Assembly: GCA_965226885.1 (NCBI GenBank)
Contig: CBDDEL010000003.1
Location: 1 to 10,317 of the forward strand
Length of the DNA: 10,317 bases
Reading direction: 5' to 3'
DNA from: Opitutales bacterium
Lineage (GTDB): Bacteria; Verrucomicrobiota; Verrucomicrobiia; Opitutales; UBA2987
Within the stretch, counting starts at the first letter, position 1. Each line of letters starts with the position of its first letter. A program made the position numbers and the translations under genes. The notes below the pieces were generated by a model. That model made no database searches, had not been told where the DNA came from, and saw only the letters and a program-made list of their open reading frames with translations. Below are positions 1-6,411 of this stretch, one piece after another.

Positions 1-285
1 ATGCTAGCCAAAACGCCCCATATCACCGATATATTCACACTATTTGCCCAATTTTTTACTTCTGTTTCAGGGCTTACAATAATTTTAAAACAGCTTCTAA
101 AGAGGGCCTATACACCCGTTCTTGTTGCAAGTTGTTGAAAACAGTTGAATTAAACCCTTATATGCCTACCGGAGGTACTTCACTTTCCAGTTTATCTTAC
201 AGGATTACGCCTGTGGCGCCTCGTTCTTTATTGAGCAGGACCCACCCAGGGCGTGCTTACAAGCGAAATATGTCCTCTTTGGAGC

Positions 286-327
286 AAAAAAAAGCCGCTG
301 ATCGGTTGTAAGCCAGGGGCCTTTTTT
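286..327. terminator. Probable (bidirectional) intrinsic terminator hairpin
   Basis: A8 (286-293), imperfect stem gccgctg...caggggc, then T6 (322-327); lies downstream of the leftward genes. Confidence 0.55.
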
Positions 328-328
328 G

Positions 329-343
329 TGTACTCGAAGCGGG
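329..343 (-). other. tRNA-3'-end-like fragment (att-like site)
   Basis: Minus strand reads CCCGCTTCGAGTACA, resembling the T-stem 3' half plus acceptor 3' strand of a tRNA-Leu (from memory). It is followed by a terminator hairpin and matches 5152-5166 at 13 of 15 positions. Confidence 0.5.
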
Positions 344-428
344 TATTGCCGGGATGTTTGAGGCCAATACACAACGGCTTTAAGCAAATAATATGCACAA
401 AGGCATATTTGTATTATGCACTTGTGCA

Positions 429-755
429 TTAGTCAAACCACTCGGTCAATTTATCAGCGGCCTGCCGTTTTACTTCTGGCGTGATATGTGCGGCAACAAC
501 GGCGACCGCGCCAATCAGCACTCCCAGGTCGTCTGCGAATCCAATGCCGGGCGTTACGTCCGGTATGGCGTCAATCGGCGATACGAAGTAGGCCAGCGCA
601 CCCATCACCACGCCTTTGGCCCACTTGGGCGTGTCCTTTGATTCGGCGGCGTAATAGAGTTGCAACGCTTTCTCTACCAGAGTGTGCCCGGCAATGCGGG
701 CAAATATGTTAAGTTTCTGAAAGAATCCAGCCTCGTTATAATTCTTGTCGGCCAT
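429..755 (-). CDS. YkvA / DUF1232 family small membrane protein
   Basis: Signature LAYFVSPIDAIPDVTPGIGFADD after TPKWAK; AGGAG RBS upstream (767-771). Confidence 0.9.
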   Translation of the reverse strand: MADKNYNEAGFFQKLNIFARIAGHTLVEKALQLYYAAESKDTPKWAKGVVMGALAYFVSPIDAIPDVTPGIGFADDLGVLIGAVAVVAAHITPEVKRQAADKLTEWFD

Positions 756-773
756 GTAAGTCTGTTCTCCTAT

Positions 774-806
774 GAAAAAGCCCCATCAGGCAAAAGCTCT
801 GTGGGG
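774..806 (-). terminator. Intrinsic terminator-like hairpin
   Basis: Minus strand CCCCACAG...CTGATGGGG followed by CTTTTTC. Confidence 0.55.
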
Positions 807-867
807 TTGGTTTAGCGGTCTCTGAATAGTCCGCGGGGGGTTTTGGGCGGGTAAGATAGATCGGGCG

Positions 868-1071
868 TTAGATCGCCTCAGAATGCGCCTGGGGGGATTT
901 GGCACTGTTGAAATGATCCTCAAGTACCTGGCGAATAATCGTATTGCGCGTCTGCCAGGAATCGCCAGCGGCGTTATCCAGCAGAGCAATCAGGACGCGC
1001 GGTATTTTGATAGCGACAATTTTCAATTCCTCGGTTTCTGGTCGCTTGACCGAGGGGGTTGATGTTGACAT
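868..1071 (-). CDS. Ribbon-helix-helix (CopG/Arc-like) DNA-binding protein
   Basis: 67 aa; alternating strand KIVAIKIP, helix ...LLDNAA, then TRNTIIRQVL fits the RHH pattern; ACAGGAG RBS. Confidence 0.7.
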   Translation of the reverse strand: MSTSTPSVKRPETEELKIVAIKIPRVLIALLDNAAGDSWQTRNTIIRQVLEDHFNSAKSPQAHSEAI

Positions 1072-1102
1072 GATACGCTCCTGTTGTTGTGGGTTTGAGC
1101 AA

Positions 1103-1155
1103 AGAAAAAGGCCCCTGACAGAGATTGCCAGGGGCGTGTGATTTGTCGTACTCGA
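1103..1155 (-). terminator. Terminator hairpin; member of the intergenic repeat family
   Basis: Minus strand GCCCCTGGCA-atctc-TGTCAGGGGC then CTTTTTCTTT; the G-U pair works on the minus strand; similar to 1581-1630. Confidence 0.7.
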
Positions 1156-1179
1156 TAGTTCAGCGGTCGGGGGGGGCGA

Positions 1180-1560
1180 TCACCTTTCGCTTAGTGCCTG
1201 GTAAGCGGGGAAAAAGGCGTTGTTGATGAGATAATCGACGCTTTTGATGTAGTCGCTTGCCAGCACTTCGGCTTGCTCAATGGCCCTTTGTGCCGCGGCG
1301 TCTATGATCGCCTGGGGAGGCGTGTGCCCGTTGATGTTCAGCTTCGCCTTTAAGCCAACGGCAAACTCGTGGATCCGTTGATCTTTCTGCTCGACCGTTA
1401 ACCCTTTGGAGAAGATATACGCGCCATCAGCGGAGTAAAATATCCGGGATCCATCCTTGAGAGTGATTATGCTACTGCCGCTTTTTATCTCCGGTTTCGC
1501 TATTGCAAAGACGGTTTTAATTGCCTGGTGTTCCTCTGCGCTCAATTCACGAATATCCAT
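1180..1560 (-). CDS. Hypothetical protein (126 aa)
   Basis: Open frame with AAGGAG RBS, bounded by repeat/terminator elements on both sides; no family recognised. Confidence 0.7.
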   Translation of the reverse strand: MDIRELSAEEHQAIKTVFAIAKPEIKSGSSIITLKDGSRIFYSADGAYIFSKGLTVEQKDQRIHEFAVGLKAKLNINGHTPPQAIIDAAAQRAIEQAEVLASDYIKSVDYLINNAFFPAYQALSER

Positions 1561-1580
1561 ATCGCTCCTTTGTACGGGAT

Positions 1581-1630
1581 AGAAAAAGCCCCTGGCGATG
1601 TTCTACCAGGGGGCGTGTGTTTTGTTCTAC
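1581..1630 (-). terminator. Terminator hairpin; member of the intergenic repeat family
   Basis: CCCCTGG (1589-1595) / CCAGGGG (1606-1612) stem with an A tract on the left (U tract on minus); shares the flank cgtgtg.tttgt..tac with 1103-1151. Confidence 0.65.
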
Positions 1631-1758
1631 GCGGCGCACGTCCTTGATGCACAAAAAGCTATGAAACAGCATTATTAAAGCTGTCTGAGAGCAATCAACA
1701 AGTGGGGCTCCCCCTTGCACTTTTCATATAATCGCCCTCAGGCAGTTTAAGGTTTTGG

Positions 1759-2514
1759 CTACTTGTCAAAGGCGCGGCTGATCATTTCAGATGCCTTTGC
1801 TTTGCTCACGCGCGGCGGGCCGCCATTAAGTTCTGTGGGTGTGGTCAGCAAAGTTTTGATTTCATTGGCAAGCGCGGGATCCGTTTTATTGCTCTTGCTG
1901 ATGTTTTGCAAAGCAATGATCTGGCGGCTCGTTGCTGGTGACGGATCATCACCCACGTCAAAGCGTTCCGGCCCTTGTTCACGCGGGGGGGGGTTGAAGT
2001 CCTGCTCGTAGTCATGCCCCAGATCGGCATTGAAAGCGGGCGGCTGACCGTTGGTGTGTTGGCCGTTGTTGCTGGTTGCCTGGGGCTGGTCGTCTCCATC
2101 GTACAGGTGCAGGCCAATGCCGAACATAGAACAGCACTTTTTCTGAGCATCGACCGCGGCAGTCTTGAGAGCATCGCCCAGAGGGAATCCTTTATTGATC
2201 TGCCCATGACCATAGTTCTCACGGGTTATTGTTCGCCCATCCTCAAGGGTGATCGAGAGGGAGCCTTTAACGGAGACCGCGGAATCCGTAATGCCGGCCA
2301 CTTCGGTTCGGAAGTCCCAGGCAAAAGGAAACAGCGCATCGAGGCGGCGGGTGTAATCAGGGTGTCCTACATAGGACAGGGCTTTGTTGCCAGTGCCAGC
2401 GTCCTGGCGAATCTTTATGACGTTGTTTGGAAAGGGTGTGTAGCATTCACCGATAAGCTGTTCAACATCGACTTCGGGAAGCAGATCGGTCAGGTCAGCG
2501 TCTGTTATAGCCAT
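1759..2514 (-). CDS. Rad52/Rad22-family (Sak-like) single-strand annealing protein
   Basis: Motifs PFP..IKIR, LSYV....YTRRLDALF..W.F and ALKTAAVDAQKKCCSMFGIGLHLY are typical of the Rad52/22 fold; low-complexity linker and small C-terminal helical module; GAAAGGA RBS. Confidence 0.88.
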   Translation of the reverse strand: MAITDADLTDLLPEVDVEQLIGECYTPFPNNVIKIRQDAGTGNKALSYVGHPDYTRRLDALFPFAWDFRTEVAGITDSAVSVKGSLSITLEDGRTITRENYGHGQINKGFPLGDALKTAAVDAQKKCCSMFGIGLHLYDGDDQPQATSNNGQHTNGQPPAFNADLGHDYEQDFNPPPREQGPERFDVGDDPSPATSRQIIALQNISKSNKTDPALANEIKTLLTTPTELNGGPPRVSKAKASEMISRAFDK

Positions 2515-2544
2515 TGATTTGATTCCTTTCGGTTGTGGTGGTTG

Positions 2545-2805
2545 TTAAACTTGACCATGTGCATCGGGGTACGCGCACGTTGGACGGCCTGGATCTAACT
2601 CTCTTTTTGCACAAAGCCGTCTGTGGGCTTCTATTGAAAAGCCGTCTTGCATGACGCAGACAGACATGCCATTGTCGTAGTTGATGAAATTCACATCCGT
2701 CTTTTCGGGCTGTGCGTGGGTGTCCTCAAACACTTTGGATCCTTTCGAGGTGATGGGGCGACCTTTTGCGGGTCGCCCAGGTGGATGTGCTTCAGGCCGC
2801 ATCAT
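2545..2805 (-). CDS. Possible hypothetical protein (86 aa)
   Basis: Fills the gap in the leftward operon and overlaps the end of the upstream gene; no clear RBS or motif. Confidence 0.3.
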   Translation of the reverse strand: MMRPEAHPPGRPAKGRPITSKGSKVFEDTHAQPEKTDVNFINYDNGMSVCVMQDGFSIEAHRRLCAKRELDPGRPTCAYPDAHGQV

Positions 2806-3046
2806 CAGTATTAGCCATGCAGTTCGAGGTGAGAAATTCGTACGCTTTATTCAAGACCAAGACAGCTTTGGGAATGTCATTGACCTTCAGCGAATTTGTC
2901 CGTTGCCAGTTGCCGTCTTTATCCAGATAGGAACGCTTGAATGTGACGGTTTGAACGGTCAGTTTTTTGTCTCCGATATTGTATGTATCCTCGAAAACAG
3001 ACGCAGAGCAAAGACCGTGACGGAATGTAATTTCTGGCTGTGGCAT
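2792..3046 (-). CDS. Small putative ssDNA-binding-type protein (84 aa; alternative in-frame start at 3121)
   Basis: P...FRHG..SASVF...TVTFKRSYLDKDGNWQRTNSLKVNDIPKAVLVL.KAYEFL resembles a widespread small beta-rich family with an SSB-like 'Y.DKDGNW' motif. AAGGAG RBS before ATG 3046; close to the Sak gene. Function is inferred. Confidence 0.65.
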   Translation of the reverse strand: MPQPEITFRHGLCSASVFEDTYNIGDKKLTVQTVTFKRSYLDKDGNWQRTNSLKVNDIPKAVLVLNKAYEFLTSNCMANTDDAA

Positions 3047-3141
3047 GTGTGGCTCCTTTATGGTGGTGGACTCCCGTATTGCCTGGGCAATCTCTGTTGG
3101 TGCATCTTCATATTTTGCCATTGGGCGATTCCTTTCAATGG

Positions 3142-3318
3142 TCAGGGGGCAAAATCAGTATCCCAACTGAACGAATATTCCTCTGGCGAATTGGTGAACT
3201 TCTCACACAGCTTTTCCAATTCATCGACAAACTGCTCGGGACGGCATGTGACCAGCCCGAAAAACTTCAATCTCACAACAGAGGTTTCAGGCTGATGGGG
3301 TGTAGTCTTTTCTGCCAT
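3142..3318 (-). CDS. Hypothetical protein (58 aa; not in the ORF track)
   Basis: MAEKTTPHQPETSVVRLKFFGLVTCRPEQFVDELEKLCEKFTNSPEEYSFSWDTDFAP; its ATG overlaps the upstream stop (TAATG coupling). Confidence 0.6.
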   Translation of the reverse strand: MAEKTTPHQPETSVVRLKFFGLVTCRPEQFVDELEKLCEKFTNSPEEYSFSWDTDFAP

Positions 3319-3500
3319 TAAATGACCTGGCCTTTCTCAGTAAGACGTTTGACAATCGTCTGAAAAACTGCGCTGGCGGTCTCTGGCGATTTGTGGCGCA
3401 AGATTTCCAGATTCTTGCCTTCAAAGACAATATCTTTGCACTCCAGTTTTATGTCGCGGCCTTCCAAACAAATCAGACGTTTTCCGTCTGCTATCCACAT
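3318..3500 (-). CDS. Hypothetical protein (60 aa), probable distant paralogue of 6778-7038 and 8547-8813
   Basis: GAGGA RBS; shares MW start, LxCLE(x)G and FQxIxxxLx(E/D)KG with the duplicated genes. Confidence 0.65.
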   Translation of the reverse strand: MWIADGKRLICLEGRDIKLECKDIVFEGKNLEILRHKSPETASAVFQTIVKRLTEKGQVI

Positions 3501-3559
3501 TTTTTTGATCCTCTTGTGGTGAATTGGGCGACTCGCAAAAGTCGCCCAGGTGGTTGGTT

Positions 3560-3745
3560 TTAATCAGGGCACGGGTCGTTGGCCTCCAGTTCTTCAGCGG
3601 CAACCAGGGCAACATATTCAGCAAGCCATTCCTCTGGCGCGTGTCCACCTACCTGTGCCTTTTCAATCTGCCATTCATAGTGTTGCTTGTCCTCATTGTG
3701 AGTGATGGTTACAGTCTGCCGTGCATGCCGAAAAGTGCGCTCCAT
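3560..3745 (-). CDS. Hypothetical acidic protein (61 aa)
   Basis: AAGGAG RBS, directly downstream of radC in the operon. Confidence 0.6.
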   Translation of the reverse strand: MERTFRHARQTVTITHNEDKQHYEWQIEKAQVGGHAPEEWLAEYVALVAAEELEANDPCPD

Positions 3746-3762
3746 TTATGGGTCTCCTTTGC

Positions 3763-4461
3763 TCAAAAGACATTCGCCTCTTTCATGCTCAAGAACTTAT
3801 CAGAGGCGACGATCAAATGATCGACCACCTCGATGCCCATGACTTGACCGGCTTGCACCATGCGCTTGGTGAGGGAAATATCCTCTTTTGAAGGCGTGAC
3901 ATCGCCAGAGGGATGGTTGTGGGCGAGTATCACCGAGGCCGCGCTTATGCCCACAGCGGGGGCAAAGACTTCTCGCGGATGCACCAGGCTGGCATTGAGA
4001 CTGCCCATGCTGATTGTATCGGTCTTGACCACCTGATTTCGTGCATTGAGAAAGATTGCCACAAAATTCTCTTTCTTGAGGTCTCTGATGAAGCGAATCT
4101 CAGGCAGAGCGTCAGCGGGCGAAGTGATCGGCGTATCCATGCCCATGCCTCTGTCCAGCACACGGCGCGAGAACTCCAGAACAGCTTTTAGCGTGAGCAA
4201 GTGGCCTTTGCTCAAATCATTGCCAACAAGCTGGCGGTTGACAATCTGCCCGGGCGGATGCTCAAGCTGAAAGTCTGTGAGAGATTTGAGAGGGTTTTTT
4301 CTCAAGAAAGACCGAAGTTTTGCCAGCACATCGCTACCATTGCGTTGCGGCATGCGTAGAACCAGCGCGAGCAATTCTTCGTCGGGCAGGGATTCAGCAC
4401 CATTTTCTTGGATCTTGTAAATCGGTTGCTCAATTTCGTACACTCCATTTATCATATACAT
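3763..4461 (-). CDS. radC: RadC family (JAB/MPN domain) protein
   Basis: GAESLPDEELLALVL N-terminus; ENF...LNARN, GSLNASLVHPREVF, LAHNHPSGDVTPSKED (HxH-x7-S-x2-D) and VDHLIV motifs. Confidence 0.95.
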   Translation of the reverse strand: MYMINGVYEIEQPIYKIQENGAESLPDEELLALVLRMPQRNGSDVLAKLRSFLRKNPLKSLTDFQLEHPPGQIVNRQLVGNDLSKGHLLTLKAVLEFSRRVLDRGMGMDTPITSPADALPEIRFIRDLKKENFVAIFLNARNQVVKTDTISMGSLNASLVHPREVFAPAVGISAASVILAHNHPSGDVTPSKEDISLTKRMVQAGQVMGIEVVDHLIVASDKFLSMKEANVF

Positions 4462-4499
4462 CGCTTATTTCTCCTGTGGTGGTTGGTTGGGTGTTGCCA

Positions 4500-4940
4500 T
4501 TAGCCGAAGATCGCCTTTGATGCAGCGGCGGCGGCTTCGTTTTTGTCGGTGTAATCCACGCCATTGATCCGATAGATTTTCTGCTCCGCTTCAGGTGCAG
4601 GAGCTGGCGGGGTTTCAGGTGGGGGTTCGTTGGCCGGTTTGCCATTGGTCGGGGGGTTCTCATTCGAGTATCGCCGGGGGGAATATTCCCCATTGCCATT
4701 TTCCTTGCTGGCGTGAAATTCGGCCTTGCGGTCGGCGGATGCCTTTTGAGCATCATTCCGCTTTTCGATGCGCGACAAAGCATCGTCGATCACAAGTGTT
4801 GCCCGTTCTTTTGTGGCCCCAGGTGAAGCGAGCCAAACGGCGGTGCGGTGCGCTTCTTCCGCGGTGAAGGTTGAGGACAACATCAGCTTTGGCAGCAAAG
4901 CGCGTTGCCGCGGGGTCGGTTTTTCTGTTGCGTCATCCAT
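4500..4940 (-). CDS. Hypothetical protein (146 aa) with N-terminal DUF3072-like helical module and Pro/Asn-rich linker
   Basis: GAAAGGA RBS; PTPRQ....TKERATLVID motif. Confidence 0.7.
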   Translation of the reverse strand: MDDATEKPTPRQRALLPKLMLSSTFTAEEAHRTAVWLASPGATKERATLVIDDALSRIEKRNDAQKASADRKAEFHASKENGNGEYSPRRYSNENPPTNGKPANEPPPETPPAPAPEAEQKIYRINGVDYTDKNEAAAAASKAIFG

Positions 4941-4993
4941 CGCTAAATCCTTTCTTGGAAATACACCTTTCGAGGTGTTGCATTACCGTTTTG

Positions 4994-5033
4994 CCCTGGT
5001 GAGTGTGACGGCACTTGCCAGGGTTATTTTTTT
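4994..5033 (+). terminator. Plus-strand intrinsic terminator, antisense to the leftward operon
   Basis: 12-bp stem CCCTGGTGAGTG/CACTTGCCAGGG with two wobble pairs valid only on the plus strand, followed by TTATTTTTTT. Confidence 0.6.
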
Positions 5034-5102
5034 GCCCGTTCATTGGGGGCGGGCAAATTCCCCGTCTATGGTTTTTATGCCAGAAACGCCGGGGATTCGC
5101 AC

Positions 5103-5144
5103 AAAAGAAAAAGGCCGCCGATCCTTACAGATCAGTGGCCTTTT
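5103..5144 (-). terminator. Terminator downstream of the recombinase gene
   Basis: Minus strand AAAAGGCCACTGATC-tgtaag-GATCGGCGGCCTTTTTCTTTT. Confidence 0.7.
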
Positions 5145-5151
5145 GCGTTGT

Positions 5152-5169
5152 TGTACTCGGGGCGGGAGT
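5152..5169 (-). other. tRNA-3'-end-like fragment (att-like site)
   Basis: Minus strand ACTCCCGCCCCGAGTACA begins 3 bp after the recombinase stop codon and resembles a tRNA-Leu 3' end; followed by a terminator. Confidence 0.55.
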
Positions 5170-5172
5170 TAT

Positions 5173-6216
5173 CTACTTGCCCAGGATGGTAGCGATAACG
5201 CCATGTGCCAATTCCTCTTTCTCTGTGTATCTGGCCGGCATGCGCGTATCCTTCCATCGACCAGCAGTTTGAAGCTGTGGCATTGTGGCTTTTCCCTCAA
5301 CCAGACTTTGGGCTGTGCCGACCCGAAAAGAATGTCCTGATATGCCAGCAACGTCTATTTGGGCTTTGCGGGCCACGTCCTTGATCATGTCGCGTACCGC
5401 GGTAATGCCGATTGCGACATTGCCCATTTTACAGTTTTGATAGATACGTCTGAACAATGGCCCTTCACAGACACCAGATAGACGCTGGTATTTTTTAATG
5501 GCCTTTATTGTCCGCTTCTGAAGATAAACTTCTCGCCCTTCGCCTTCCTGGTCGGTCTTTGAGCGGGGTATCAAAAGTGTGCCGGATCCGTTTTCTCGAG
5601 TACTGATATGCTCGCAATGGATAGCCCCCACTTCGGAAATCCTGAGCAACCCATTGCTCATTGTGCGAATGATAGCCGCATCACGCGCTTGCCGGATCCG
5701 CCCCTTTTGGGGTGTCTCTTTGCTGGAGGTCGGCGCGGTGTGCGCGGGACTGTCGGCAATGGTCGCCATTGTCATAGCGTCATCTACCTTGATACCCGTA
5801 ACCTGGCCTCGCCCCCGTGCTTGTGCCTCGGCATTGCGCTTGATGCCCTTGAGGGCTGTTTCTGATAGGAGAAAGTCAATGGGCTTGCCCGTGTGTCTGG
5901 CAATGAATTTGACAGCCGCCAAGACCATTGCTATTGATGCAGGGCTTTTCTCTCCGAGGTGCAGGTGCGCCAGATACCCATTGACCTGCTCGGACGTGAT
6001 CTGGCTTTCGTGGAAGCGCGTGGCGACCTTCATAAGTGCCTGGTCGATGTCGCCGGTGATCTTTGCGGGCTGCTCGATCTTTTCACACCAATTCAAGAAG
6101 TGCGTTACCGCGTGGCAATAGACCCGCTTGGTATTGAAAGCAATGGATTGAAGCTGAAGCGACTGCGATGTTTCGGCAATGGCCTGTTCGGTGGCGATGC
6201 TCAAGGCCTTGTCCAT
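5173..6216 (-). CDS. Tyrosine recombinase, Cre-like subfamily
   Basis: Catalytic set R (LLRISE), K (RSKTD), HxxR (SGHSFRVG), W (AGRW, Trp as in Cre rather than His) and Y (PARY); N-terminal SAM-like region; GAGGA RBS. Confidence 0.93.
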   Translation of the reverse strand: MDKALSIATEQAIAETSQSLQLQSIAFNTKRVYCHAVTHFLNWCEKIEQPAKITGDIDQALMKVATRFHESQITSEQVNGYLAHLHLGEKSPASIAMVLAAVKFIARHTGKPIDFLLSETALKGIKRNAEAQARGRGQVTGIKVDDAMTMATIADSPAHTAPTSSKETPQKGRIRQARDAAIIRTMSNGLLRISEVGAIHCEHISTRENGSGTLLIPRSKTDQEGEGREVYLQKRTIKAIKKYQRLSGVCEGPLFRRIYQNCKMGNVAIGITAVRDMIKDVARKAQIDVAGISGHSFRVGTAQSLVEGKATMPQLQTAGRWKDTRMPARYTEKEELAHGVIATILGK

Positions 6217-6243
6217 GTGGGATCCTCTCTTTTCTGTTAGGGT

Positions 6244-6287
6244 TGCAAAGTAGTGCGTTTATGGGTAAATATACACAATACTTTGCA
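6244..6287. other. Candidate lox-like recombination site / operator
   Basis: 19-bp inverted arms 6244-6262 and 6269-6287 match at 16 of 19 positions; core AGTAGTGCGTTTA-TGGGTAAA-TATACACAATACT (13-8-13). Confidence 0.65.
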
Positions 6288-6343
6288 CGCCAGACAAGGG
6301 CAATTATTCAAGCCGTAGATTTCAAGAATATCATTGATTACTA

Positions 6344-6371
6344 TTGCATTTTTTTAAGACGATCCTATTTT
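6344..6371 (+). promoter_or_regulatory. Possible sigma70 promoter for the rightward operon
   Basis: TTGCAT-N16-TATTTT in the AT-rich divergent intergenic region. Confidence 0.35.
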
Positions 6372-6411
6372 TGGTGTAACAGTTTTTCCACCACCACACA
6401 GGAGCAAGGCA

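Noticed and set aside
868..1560. Type II toxin-antitoxin pair (RHH + 126-aa protein)
   Set aside because: The genes are separated by about 110 bp containing a terminator, and no toxin motif was recognised.
1715..1732. Plus-strand promoter TTGCAC...TATAAT
   Set aside because: Only about 6 bp separate the hexamers, incompatible with sigma70 spacing.
5152..5240. Complete tRNA gene
   Set aside because: Only a 3'-end-like 18-mer is present; the sequence upstream of it is recombinase coding sequence and gives no cloverleaf.
5173..6216. Integron integrase or chromosomal XerC/XerD
   Set aside because: Motifs are Cre-like (GHSFRVG, GRW) rather than HxLRHS/LGH, and no canonical attC structure was recognised in the repeats.
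1763..6240. Plus-strand ORFs (e.g. 1975-2517, 2681-3295, 4768-5340, 5579-6121)
   Set aside because: Antisense shadows of well-supported minus-strand genes, with no motifs.
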